A stretch of DNA of 64,000 nucleotides, from positions 26,325 through 90,324 of the forward strand of contig LBWB01000008.1 in NCBI GenBank assembly GCA_000993405.1. Reading direction: 5' to 3'. Every line of letters starts with the position of its first letter. Position 1 is the first letter of the stretch. Position numbers and translations under genes: made by a program. A model generated the notes under the pieces. It was not told where the DNA came from. It made no database searches and saw only the letters and a list, made by a program, of their open reading frames with translations. This document shows, piece after piece, positions 17,896 through 25,990 of the stretch. The DNA is from Candidatus Woesebacteria bacterium GW2011_GWB1_39_12. GTDB taxonomy: Bacteria > Patescibacteriota > Microgenomatia > UBA8517.

Positions 17896-19047
17896 TTAAT
17901 AGTTGATGTGCAAATACAATGTGTCCAAATCAGAGTCATCGTGGTCAACACGTACATATCTAAGCCGACAGCTTCCGGTCCCATAACTGCCTCTATATAA
18001 AGTACCTGCTCTTACGGCTTTTACCTCAGAAGATTCACTATTTATATCAACCCCGTTATGAAACTGGTATACCCTTCCGACCCAAGTATTTCTAACCGCC
18101 CAAGTGCTCCCATATCCTTGGGAAAATTTTATTTTTGGATTTATAGGCCAATCCCAACCACCCGTTGGACTGAAAGGATCTCCATCATTTGATCCACATG
18201 ATGAACCTGAACAATTCTCATAGTCTACACCTGACCTTAAATAACTAAAAGGATTTTGGGTAGTTGTCCCCTGGCGAATGATAAAGTGAAGGTGTGAACC
18301 GCTTGAATTACAGGAAGCTCCCTGAATAATCGAGGCAATCCTTTGTCCTTGAGAAACTTTTCCCACTTCTTCCTCTTGTCCTTTACCTGCAATAATTGCC
18401 TGAATGGCCTCGAATTCTGCCCGAACTGCCGCCAACAGCTGCTGATAACGCCTTTCGTCATTCCTTGTCTGTTCCAAAAGAACTGCCTTAGCGGTTTTCT
18501 GCGCCCCAAGCACGTTTTTTTGCTCTTCCAGTTCCTTCTGAAGTTCTTCCTGATCCGATTTTTGATCTTGATAGTCAACCTGGGCTTTTTCAAGTCTTAC
18601 CAGTAAGTCTCTGTCTGCTTCCTGAATTTTCTGTAAATAGTGGAAGCTAGAAACCGCCGAATCCAGATCAGGTGAAAAAATAAACATCAAGTAGGTTTCG
18701 TTTAATCTTGACATTTTGTAGGTATATACGACTCTGGAAGTAAAAGCTTTTGTTAAAGACTGAAGAGAAGTTTCAAGCTGTACTATTCTTCCTCCAAGAA
18801 GTAATATTTTTTCCTCTGTTTGGGTAATTTTTAAGGTAGTTAAACGAATTTGAGCATCGTACTGGGCAATTTGATTGGATAAAGTGCCAGCTTGAGATTT
18901 TAATTTATTGATCTCCTGCTCATATTGTTCTATTTCTTTACCCAAGCGTTCAAGTTTTTCCGACTCACTTTCAGCAAATGCAAAAGGAGGTTGACCGATT
19001 AAAAGTAGTAGTAAAAGGACAAAGAATGCTTTCTTTATTTTTGACAT
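17896..19047 (-). CDS. Coiled-coil M23 peptidase, EnvC-like (murein hydrolase activator/DD-endopeptidase)
   Basis: Signal peptide, a long coiled-coil and a C-terminal M23 (LytM) domain ('SHLHF', 'FHNGVDI'). It lies immediately downstream of ftsEX. Confidence 0.7.
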   Translation of the reverse strand: MSKIKKAFFVLLLLLLIGQPPFAFAESESEKLERLGKEIEQYEQEINKLKSQAGTLSNQIAQYDAQIRLTTLKITQTEEKILLLGGRIVQLETSLQSLTKAFTSRVVYTYKMSRLNETYLMFIFSPDLDSAVSSFHYLQKIQEADRDLLVRLEKAQVDYQDQKSDQEELQKELEEQKNVLGAQKTAKAVLLEQTRNDERRYQQLLAAVRAEFEAIQAIIAGKGQEEEVGKVSQGQRIASIIQGASCNSSGSHLHFIIRQGTTTQNPFSYLRSGVDYENCSGSSCGSNDGDPFSPTGGWDWPINPKIKFSQGYGSTWAVRNTWVGRVYQFHNGVDINSESSEVKAVRAGTLYRGSYGTGSCRLRYVRVDHDDSDLDTLYLHINY

Positions 19048-19053
19048 CTCAAG

Positions 19054-19965
19054 TTACTTTCGCTTAACCCTTAAAACAGCAAGAATGCTTCCTGAGACTG
19101 CCAAAAAAAGTCCAATCAGAAATTCAGCCCCAAGTATCAGCCCGAACAGTCCGAAAAGTTTTAATGTATCTTTAGGTACAACTGGAATTTCTCCAAAATA
19201 AGAAATAAGGCTCGGCGTCGCGTATAAAACCAAGAGTAAGGCGATTAGCCAGCCAATAAATACCCCCGTAATCGCATAAATAATCGCCTCGTATATAATT
19301 GGGCTTCGGATAAATCCAGGAGTTGCGCCAATCAAATCCAGGACCTCTATTTCACCCCGTCTTGAGGTCATCCTCATGCCTATAATGACAATTAAAACTA
19401 GAAACGAAGTTGAGGTAAGAAGTAGGGCAAAGGCACCCCCTCCTATTTTTATATAATTCGAAAAAGTGCGCAATCTATTTACAACGTCAGACAAAGTTTC
19501 TTCTCCTCCAAGACTCGCAGTAAAACCTACTTGATCAACTATCTCTTCACCCTTAATTTCTTCAATTAGGTCATTTGCGTAGGATAGATCCACAAGTGAA
19601 AATTCTAAACTTGCGGGAAAAATCGACGGACTTACCAACTCCGAAAGGAGTGGGTTACCCGCAGTCGCTTTCTTATAAATCTCAAGTGCCTGTTCTTTTG
19701 AGATATAACTTACCTCGGAAACACGATTATCTGCCTCTAATTTATTTTGTAAGGCGGAAATTTTCTCGGGAGTTATATCATCTTTTAGAAAGGTAATTAC
19801 TTGGGGTCTGGTTTCAAAGTATTTAAGAACCTGGCTTGAGGAGTAACCCAAAATAGTAATAATAGTGATAACAAAAAAAGTTATCGTCAATACAAAAATG
19901 GCGGCCATCGCCTGAAAAGGAGCGCGCCTCACGTGATCCCAAGCAGTTTTTATGTGTATATTCAT
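19054..19965 (-). CDS. ftsX: Cell division ABC transporter permease FtsX
   Basis: 303 aa with 4 TMs and a large first extracytoplasmic loop. It follows ftsE. Confidence 0.75.
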   Translation of the reverse strand: MNIHIKTAWDHVRRAPFQAMAAIFVLTITFFVITIITILGYSSSQVLKYFETRPQVITFLKDDITPEKISALQNKLEADNRVSEVSYISKEQALEIYKKATAGNPLLSELVSPSIFPASLEFSLVDLSYANDLIEEIKGEEIVDQVGFTASLGGEETLSDVVNRLRTFSNYIKIGGGAFALLLTSTSFLVLIVIIGMRMTSRRGEIEVLDLIGATPGFIRSPIIYEAIIYAITGVFIGWLIALLLVLYATPSLISYFGEIPVVPKDTLKLFGLFGLILGAEFLIGLFLAVSGSILAVLRVKRK

Positions 19966-19966
19966 A

Positions 19967-20662
19967 TTATTTCTTCCCTTTCTCTGATTTAGTTTTAACT
20001 TTCGATTCAGAATCGCTAAAAACTCCTCCTTCTTTAAGCTCTATAACTCTTTTATTCATTTTATCAATAATCAGCTTATTATGCGTAGCCATAATTATGG
20101 ATTTACCCTCTGAGTTAATTTTTTCGAACAAATCCATGAGCTTATCGGCGGTTTCCCAATCAAGGTTTCCCGTAGGTTCATCCGCCAAAATTATCTTGGG
20201 ATTTACAACCAATGCTCTTGCCAAAGAGACCCTTTGAAGTTCTCCTCCGGAAAGTTGAGCCGGAAAAAGGTCGGCCCGATCTGTCAAACCAACCAATTTC
20301 AAAACGTGTTCCACTCTTGCCTCCCAATCATTTTTGGGAAGTCCGATAACGGCTAAGGCCACTTCAACATTCTCTTTTATCGTTCTTTCACCAAGAACTT
20401 TAAAATCCTGAAAAACAACACCGATTTTTTGCCGAAGGCGCGGAATTTGTTTTGAAGGAAGCTTAGTAATATCTTCTTTGTCCAACTCAATCTTACCGCT
20501 ATCAGGCAATAATTCTCTCAGCATCAAGCGAAGAAGTGTCGTCTTGCCTGCACCAGACGCACCTGTTATAAAAACAAATTCAGAATCCCCTATATTAAAA
20601 TTAATATCTTTCAAAGCCACAATTTTTCCAAATGTCTTTGTAACGTTTTCCAGTTTCAGCAT
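19967..20662 (-). CDS. ftsE: Cell division ATP-binding protein FtsE
   Basis: Walker A 'GASGAGKTTLL', signature 'LSGGELQRVSLARAL' and Walker B 'ILADEPTGNLD'. The start was set to ATG 20660-20662, which is preceded by 'AGAAGGTGG' 5 nt upstream. The track ORF extends to 20698. Confidence 0.8.
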   Translation of the reverse strand: MLKLENVTKTFGKIVALKDINFNIGDSEFVFITGASGAGKTTLLRLMLRELLPDSGKIELDKEDITKLPSKQIPRLRQKIGVVFQDFKVLGERTIKENVEVALAVIGLPKNDWEARVEHVLKLVGLTDRADLFPAQLSGGELQRVSLARALVVNPKIILADEPTGNLDWETADKLMDLFEKINSEGKSIIMATHNKLIIDKMNKRVIELKEGGVFSDSESKVKTKSEKGKK

Positions 20663-20725
20663 ATAACCACCTTCTAAAAGATTAGCAGATGAGGTCAATT
20701 AAGACCAGAAGAAGAAAAAAAGCTT

Positions 20726-21235
20726 TTACTCTATTACTTTAATTTTACCTACATCCATAAGCCAGCCGGCTTGAAGAGCAGACAAAGTTTCCCCCCACAC
20801 TTTTACTTTTTTACCCACAAAACTTTGGAGGTCTATCACCGTTGAGGTTAGATAGACATATTTATCCTCTCCCAACCCACGATCCAAATGATGCGTCCCT
20901 TCTCCTTTTATTCCTCCCTCGACCAGAATTCCCTCGGGAGACTGTTTCTCTGTAAACACTGATTCATCGGTAATGCCCGCTTCGTTCTCATTAGTGACGA
21001 CGCCTTTTGGAGTCCCCGTTTCAACCTTCTTTGTACCTAATTTTGCGCTAAGTCCCCTACCCGACAAAAACCAACCCGAACCAACTCCTGCCAAAACTAC
21101 CAAAAAAGACGCCAAAACTAAACTCACCATCTTCTTATCAAGACTTAACTTTGGAAACTTCTTCATGATACGGGTTTGAGACTGTAAACTCACATTTCCT
21201 TGCCCTGAATATTGTCCTGAATTCTGTGATTCCAT
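20726..21235 (-). CDS. Hypothetical membrane-anchored protein
   Basis: 169 aa with an N-terminal TM 'MVSLVLASFLVVLAGVG'. No motifs recognised. Confidence 0.35.
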   Translation of the reverse strand: MESQNSGQYSGQGNVSLQSQTRIMKKFPKLSLDKKMVSLVLASFLVVLAGVGSGWFLSGRGLSAKLGTKKVETGTPKGVVTNENEAGITDESVFTEKQSPEGILVEGGIKGEGTHHLDRGLGEDKYVYLTSTVIDLQSFVGKKVKVWGETLSALQAGWLMDVGKIKVIE

Positions 21236-21279
21236 GCCATAAACTATAACACCAAGAAAAGTATAGTAGCAAGTACAAA

Positions 21280-21864
21280 TTATCTTATTCGATCAGCTAC
21301 AGCTCCCTCACCAATTTTAATTTGAAATTCAACAGAGACTTCTTTATAGGCTTGGTACAATAGATTGCCGAATTTTTGCCATAATTCGCTATATTCATGT
21401 TCAAAAAGCTCTTCAAGTTTTGGAAATCTACCTTCTTCAGAATATTTATCAAGTTTTTCTGTCAATAGCTTAGTCAGATAACTTCGCAATTCAGAATATG
21501 CCTCAGGTTTACCTTCCATTTTTCGTTGATATTTTTCTTCCGCAACATGTCTTAACCAATCTTTCCAGGCACGGTTGTAAACTTCCCAGTCTTTTGAGCT
21601 CATATTGGAAAATCCAGGGGCTGATGCTATCTTCATTAATTCTTGCGGATCTCTTTCCCCGTTAATAATGTAGTAAGCGATAACCCAACCGGAAGTGACT
21701 GCAAATCCAAACTCACCACATCCTTCCACGTCAGCGTCGGCGTGTGCTTTTTCGTGATAATAAAGTTCTGAAGAAATTTTGCCCGAAAGACCGCTATCGA
21801 AAAGTCCCTTGAAGAGGGCTCCGGCAGTTTTTATTCCTTGTGCTTCAAGTCTTTCAACTACCAA
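21280..21864 (-). CDS. Hypothetical protein with HExxH motif (possible small Zn-peptidase-like)
   Basis: 194 aa containing 'YYHEKAHAD'. No other recognisable domain. Confidence 0.3.
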   Translation of the reverse strand: MVVERLEAQGIKTAGALFKGLFDSGLSGKISSELYYHEKAHADADVEGCGEFGFAVTSGWVIAYYIINGERDPQELMKIASAPGFSNMSSKDWEVYNRAWKDWLRHVAEEKYQRKMEGKPEAYSELRSYLTKLLTEKLDKYSEEGRFPKLEELFEHEYSELWQKFGNLLYQAYKEVSVEFQIKIGEGAVADRIR

Positions 21865-22190
21865 CTTCTACAATTATATCAGTTTCGAGAAGACCCTGCA
21901 ATTTCATTGCGGGGATGAATCGAACCTGATATGTCGTTCTCTTTTAGAAGGAACCCCGAGCTAAGCTCGGGGAGGACGTCATAGCAGAAATTCATCAAGA
22001 ATGCTAACTGAAATCTATGGTAGCAGGTGCAAACCTAATACACCCGCCACAGTCAAACGTGGCCGGGACGTTTGAGTCCAGTCAGGTGTATTTACAGCAA
22101 TATTATAAAAATTACACCCCAAAGGTATTCTTGCCTTTTGATTAGCTTCAAGATCACATTTTGAAGAATTTCTTAAATAGAAAGGTCGGA

Positions 22191-22219
22191 TTGACTTTAC
22201 GTCAGCCATTTTAAATAAT
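22191..22219 (+). promoter_or_regulatory. Putative sigma70-like promoter (TTGACT-17-AATAAT) for the small plus-strand gene
   Basis: TTGACT at 22191-22196 and AATAAT at 22214-22219. The ATG at 22226 gives an essentially leaderless start. Confidence 0.35.
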
Positions 22220-22225
22220 TAAATT

Positions 22226-22489
22226 ATGCTCCATGTTGAAGACTGGTTTAACGATGAAAATCAATGCATAATGTATCCGCAAGAACCATCTTGTGCAAAA
22301 GTACTGGGTGTTTGGAAGAGAATCTTCTACCTAACCATTTATTGGTTTGAATACCTCTGGGTTCAGTATCCGCTTTTTAGAATCATCGTAGTAATTGTAT
22401 TTGTTCTAGCAATACTCATGATGGTTTTACTGGTATATCGGTTGGGAAGGATATTGGTTTCCAAAATATTAAAACCAAAATCAAGCTAA
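22226..22489 (+). CDS. Small membrane protein (87 aa), hypothetical
   Basis: C-terminal TM 'FRIIVVIVFVLAILMMVLLV'. It is flanked by a promoter-like element and a convincing intrinsic terminator, which supports a real transcription unit on the otherwise unused plus strand. Confidence 0.4.
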   Translation: MLHVEDWFNDENQCIMYPQEPSCAKVLGVWKRIFYLTIYWFEYLWVQYPLFRIIVVIVFVLAILMMVLLVYRLGRILVSKILKPKSS

Positions 22490-22507
22490 AATCCTATAGG
22501 TCAATAT

Positions 22508-22546
22508 CACATCGACAAAGTATTCGATGTGTTTTCCTCTTTTTGG
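22508..22546 (+). terminator. Rho-independent terminator
   Basis: CACATCG-(10 nt loop)-CGATGTG followed by TTTTCCTCTTTTTGG. Confidence 0.55.
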
Positions 22547-22674
22547 TTTAATCAACATTCAGAATAACTGGGTTTATTTGCCGATTATATAGAAAGTGGT
22601 GGGAATGTTACACTCGGACAGTACGAGTTAATCAATAACCTGTACCAGGTACGGATTGCTATTGTCGAACCGTG

Positions 22675-23751
22675 TTATAGCTTCTGAATTTCGGCGTCGA
22701 TGAATTCGTCCAACTCTCCGTCTAAAACTGCCTCTGTGTTACCGGTTTCGACATTAGTTCGTAAATCCTTAACCATTTTATAAGGATGAAGTACATAGGA
22801 TCGGATTTGGTTACCCCAGGAGGGAGGTCTATATTCACCCTTTAGTTCTTTAACTTTCTTTTCCTTCATCGCTTCTCCCCGCGCCCAAAGTTTTGCGCGA
22901 AGCAGGTTTAACGCAATTTTTCTATTTTGTTCCTGAAAACGTTCGGTCTGAGCAGTAACAACAATTTCCGTAGGTTTATGCTTGAGTCTGACTGCCGTAG
23001 AAACTTTTTGAACATTTTGGCCTCCTTGCGAAGAGGCTCTAAAAAACTGCCACTCCAGTTCATCCTCTTTTATTTCAACGCTGGGTAGATCTTCTTCCGA
23101 AAGCTCGGGGAGTACTTCAACCAAGGCAAAAGACGTCTGCCTCAAGTTATCGGCGTTAAAAGGTGATTGACGAACTAAGCGATGCGTTCCTGCCTCACCC
23201 TTCAAATTGCCATAAGCGTAAGCTCCTTCAATATTAAAAGTAACTGATTTTAATCCAGCTTCCTCGCCTTCGGATACATCAAAAGTTTCTGTCTTCCAGC
23301 CGCGTTTCTCACAAAATCTCAAATACATGCGATAAAGCATGTTTGCCCAGTCCATAGCTTCAGTTCCGCCCTGACCAGCATGAATTGAAATAATTGCGTT
23401 CTTGGAATCATATTGGCCCGATAAAAACGTTTTCAACTCAAATTTATCAACCTTTTTCTCAAGGCGCGAAATTTCTTGGGCGAAACTTTCATCAAAACTA
23501 CCTTCTTGGAAAAGTTCATAAATAGTATCAACGTCTTCTTTGAGGGTTTCAGCGTCATCAATTTCCTGCTTTAGATTGCTCAAGGCAGTCATCAGCTTTC
23601 TGGCCTTTTCCTGATCGTCCCAAAGGTTCGGATCCATTGCATCGGTCTCAAGACGCATCAACTCTTTTTTCTTTTCGGGAAGATTAAAGGATTCAACAAC
23701 TTTTTCAATCTTTCCTTTCAATTCTTCAGTTTTTTGCTTAATATCCTGCAT
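22675..23751 (-). CDS. prfB: Peptide chain release factor 2 (no programmed +1 frameshift)
   Basis: 'SPF' tripeptide ('RQSPFNADNLRQTSF'), 'GGQ' ('ASSQGGQNVQKVSTAVRL') and a C-terminal 'GNQIRSYVLHPYKMVKDLRT'. It is one uninterrupted 358-aa ORF with no CUU-UGA-C site. Confidence 0.85.
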   Translation of the reverse strand: MQDIKQKTEELKGKIEKVVESFNLPEKKKELMRLETDAMDPNLWDDQEKARKLMTALSNLKQEIDDAETLKEDVDTIYELFQEGSFDESFAQEISRLEKKVDKFELKTFLSGQYDSKNAIISIHAGQGGTEAMDWANMLYRMYLRFCEKRGWKTETFDVSEGEEAGLKSVTFNIEGAYAYGNLKGEAGTHRLVRQSPFNADNLRQTSFALVEVLPELSEEDLPSVEIKEDELEWQFFRASSQGGQNVQKVSTAVRLKHKPTEIVVTAQTERFQEQNRKIALNLLRAKLWARGEAMKEKKVKELKGEYRPPSWGNQIRSYVLHPYKMVKDLRTNVETGNTEAVLDGELDEFIDAEIQKL

Positions 23752-24214
23752 ATGGTTTACAAATGAAATCTACCACCTGTTCTTTATCATCCGAAGATAA
23801 ACTCTCAAAATCCTGAGTCACACTTTGTTTCGTCGGTTTTTCGTCCGCCGCCGATTCCGGAATTTCCTCAGTGACTCCTAAAACCTTCACAAGTTTTGTT
23901 CTGGTTGCGTCAAGTGCCGTACTTATGGGTTTGGGTGCATTTTTCCACCCCAAAATCTCGGTCAACATTGTGCGACCACTAAGTAGAAGAAAACCTTCAA
24001 GAATCAATGCCAACAAGAATCCCCAAAAAATCATCGATAACGAAGGTTTATCAAGGTGCCAGTGAACGTAGATATATCTCAATCTTGCAAAAGTTAATAA
24101 CAATAAAAATAGCAAAAAAACAATTGCCGCCGCCTGCCAATATGTCGGCTCGATATAAAAACCCCGAATGTTATAAGTTCCGAATGACTTATTGAGAATT
24201 TTGAGTAAATCCAT
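23738..24214 (-). CDS. Hypothetical membrane protein
   Basis: 158 aa with 3 TMs. It overlaps the prfB start by 14 nt. Confidence 0.4.
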   Translation of the reverse strand: MDLLKILNKSFGTYNIRGFYIEPTYWQAAAIVFLLFLLLLTFARLRYIYVHWHLDKPSLSMIFWGFLLALILEGFLLLSGRTMLTEILGWKNAPKPISTALDATRTKLVKVLGVTEEIPESAADEKPTKQSVTQDFESLSSDDKEQVVDFICKPYAGY

Positions 24215-24269
24215 TTCTAACTACATAATATCACAATGAAGTAAGATTGAGGTTGAGGCAGAGACGCTA

Positions 24270-24944
24270 TTATGGAGCCTGGGTTGGGGTCGGCGTTGAA
24301 GTTAGATTTGATGTAGGGGACGGAGTTATGGTTCCTGTAACACCGCCTGTGGGAGCTGGTGTACTTGTAACAGTAGGTTTTTTGGTCGGAGTCGGAGTAA
24401 AACCTTTGGGATAACCTGTAATAATTTTTATATCATAGCGGTCTAAACTCCCTGTTTTGACTTCGACGTCCTGATATATATCTTCAAGAGCATCTTGAAT
24501 TTCATCTTTGACGGCATCGGGGGTGGCATCTGAGAATGTAACTTCGACTGAAGTATAAGTTTGACCCGAGGCATTTCCAACATCAATCTGCGAGTAACCC
24601 AAGTCTTCAAGCTCTTTCTTTAACTGAGCTGCCCCTCCCGATATACCAGTTCCGTTTAAAACCTGAACCTTTACTTTCTCCCTGTCGATTTCCACTTTAG
24701 GAGTGGGCGTTGCCTCTTCTTCAAAAGGAGTTGGAGTAGACTCATTTTCTTCAGAACTTTGGGACTCACCTCTGCCAAAGAAAAACCAACCGGCAGCACC
24801 TATAAGAATTGCTAAGACGAAGATTATCAAAAGGGCTTTTTTATTACTGGATTTCTCTTGGTTTTTAACTTGGGGAAAACCAACAGGAGTTCTGGCAGGT
24901 TGAGGATTATCTTCATGTTGTAGTCTTTCAGTTTCCTCTTCCAT
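24270..24944 (-). CDS. Membrane-anchored LytR_C (LytR/CpsA/Psr C-terminal) domain protein with PT-rich tail
   Basis: 'KVQVLNGTGISGGAAQLKKELEDLGYSQIDVGNA' resembles LytR_C. It has an N-terminal TM and a C-terminal 'TPTPTKKPTVTSTPAPTGGVTGTITPSPTSNLTSTPTPTQAP'. Confidence 0.5.
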   Translation of the reverse strand: MEEETERLQHEDNPQPARTPVGFPQVKNQEKSSNKKALLIIFVLAILIGAAGWFFFGRGESQSSEENESTPTPFEEEATPTPKVEIDREKVKVQVLNGTGISGGAAQLKKELEDLGYSQIDVGNASGQTYTSVEVTFSDATPDAVKDEIQDALEDIYQDVEVKTGSLDRYDIKIITGYPKGFTPTPTKKPTVTSTPAPTGGVTGTITPSPTSNLTSTPTPTQAP

Positions 24945-25012
24945 TACCCTAAAAGTATAATCCTATAGATACTATAATTCAAGTCCTAATTAAAAATACT
25001 ATATTACATATA

Positions 25013-25831
25013 CTATAGAAGCTGCCTTAGATAGTGAAGTGCTCCGGCTAAACCGGCCATTTCTAAAAGTTCTCCTCTTTTAATATCTGGATGAATTGGG
25101 AAAACTTTCAGAATTTCTTTTAGATTTTCCTTTATTCTCTCAATAGAAATTGCTTCGACTTTCATTATTCCCCCACCTAAAATAACTACATCGGGCGACC
25201 AATGCAAAATAGTATTATTTAAGCCAACCGCAATTAACTTTTCAATTTTCTTCCATACATTAACGTCTGTTATACTTTCGGGATCTTGCCCGAATTTTAG
25301 CTTAATTGAGGGCCCGGATATCAAATTTTCAAGCTTAATGGATCTTTCTTCATCAAGATCAATAATTTGGTGTCCCGGTTCAAATCCGAAGGTCGATTTG
25401 TCAATCTTTCCATCAACTATTCTCACTCCACCTACTCCTGTTCCGATAGTGATAAATGCTACTATTGAAAATCCCCGACCCACTCCTTTAACAGCCTCTC
25501 CAAGACCTGCCAAATCCGCATCATTCTCAAGATAAATAGGCGCATGAATAATGTCGCCCAGAGCTCTTTTTATGGGTTTCATTTCCCATTCCTCTAAATG
25601 TGGGGCAGAAAGCAGTATATTCTTTTCCTTATCGAGGATCCCCGGAAGACCACAACAAACGAGTTTATCCACTCTTGAAGAATCAGCAACGCTAACATAA
25701 TTCTCTATCACCTTTAGAGCGTCTTCAAACCTTCTGGGTGTGGCAACGACTTTTACTTCCTGCAGATTTTCCCTATCAAAAGAAACTGCCATGCGCATCT
25801 TTGTTCCGCCTATATCAAAAAGTAGATACAT
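25013..25831 (-). CDS. ROK-family sugar kinase (glucokinase-like)
   Basis: 'LFDIGGTKMRMAV' N-terminal ATPase motif and 'ITIGTGVGGVRIVDGKI'. Confidence 0.7.
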   Translation of the reverse strand: MYLLFDIGGTKMRMAVSFDRENLQEVKVVATPRRFEDALKVIENYVSVADSSRVDKLVCCGLPGILDKEKNILLSAPHLEEWEMKPIKRALGDIIHAPIYLENDADLAGLGEAVKGVGRGFSIVAFITIGTGVGGVRIVDGKIDKSTFGFEPGHQIIDLDEERSIKLENLISGPSIKLKFGQDPESITDVNVWKKIEKLIAVGLNNTILHWSPDVVILGGGIMKVEAISIERIKENLKEILKVFPIHPDIKRGELLEMAGLAGALHYLRQLL

Positions 25832-25990
25832 TTTTTTAAATTCTAAATATCAAATTTTAAATGTAAAATCTATGATAAATACTAAATTTCAAAGCTCTAA
25901 AACGTTCTTGTCATTAGGGTTTTGGTATTTGATATTCATTTGTAATTTGGGCTTTGAAATTATCAGCATTATTTAAGCTTTCAAGTTAGG

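Noticed and set aside
21905-21935. tRNA/tmRNA-like T-loop sequence GGTTCGATTC (minus strand), flanked by GGGG...CCCC
   Set aside because: No complementary T-stem, acceptor stem or CCA context could be paired by hand on either strand. No tag-peptide reading frame ending in ALAA-stop was found. It was kept only as part of the unassigned structured region.
22675-23751. Expected +1 programmed frameshift site in prfB
   Set aside because: The ORF is continuous from the N-terminus and no CUU UGA C site exists. RF2 here is not frameshift-regulated.
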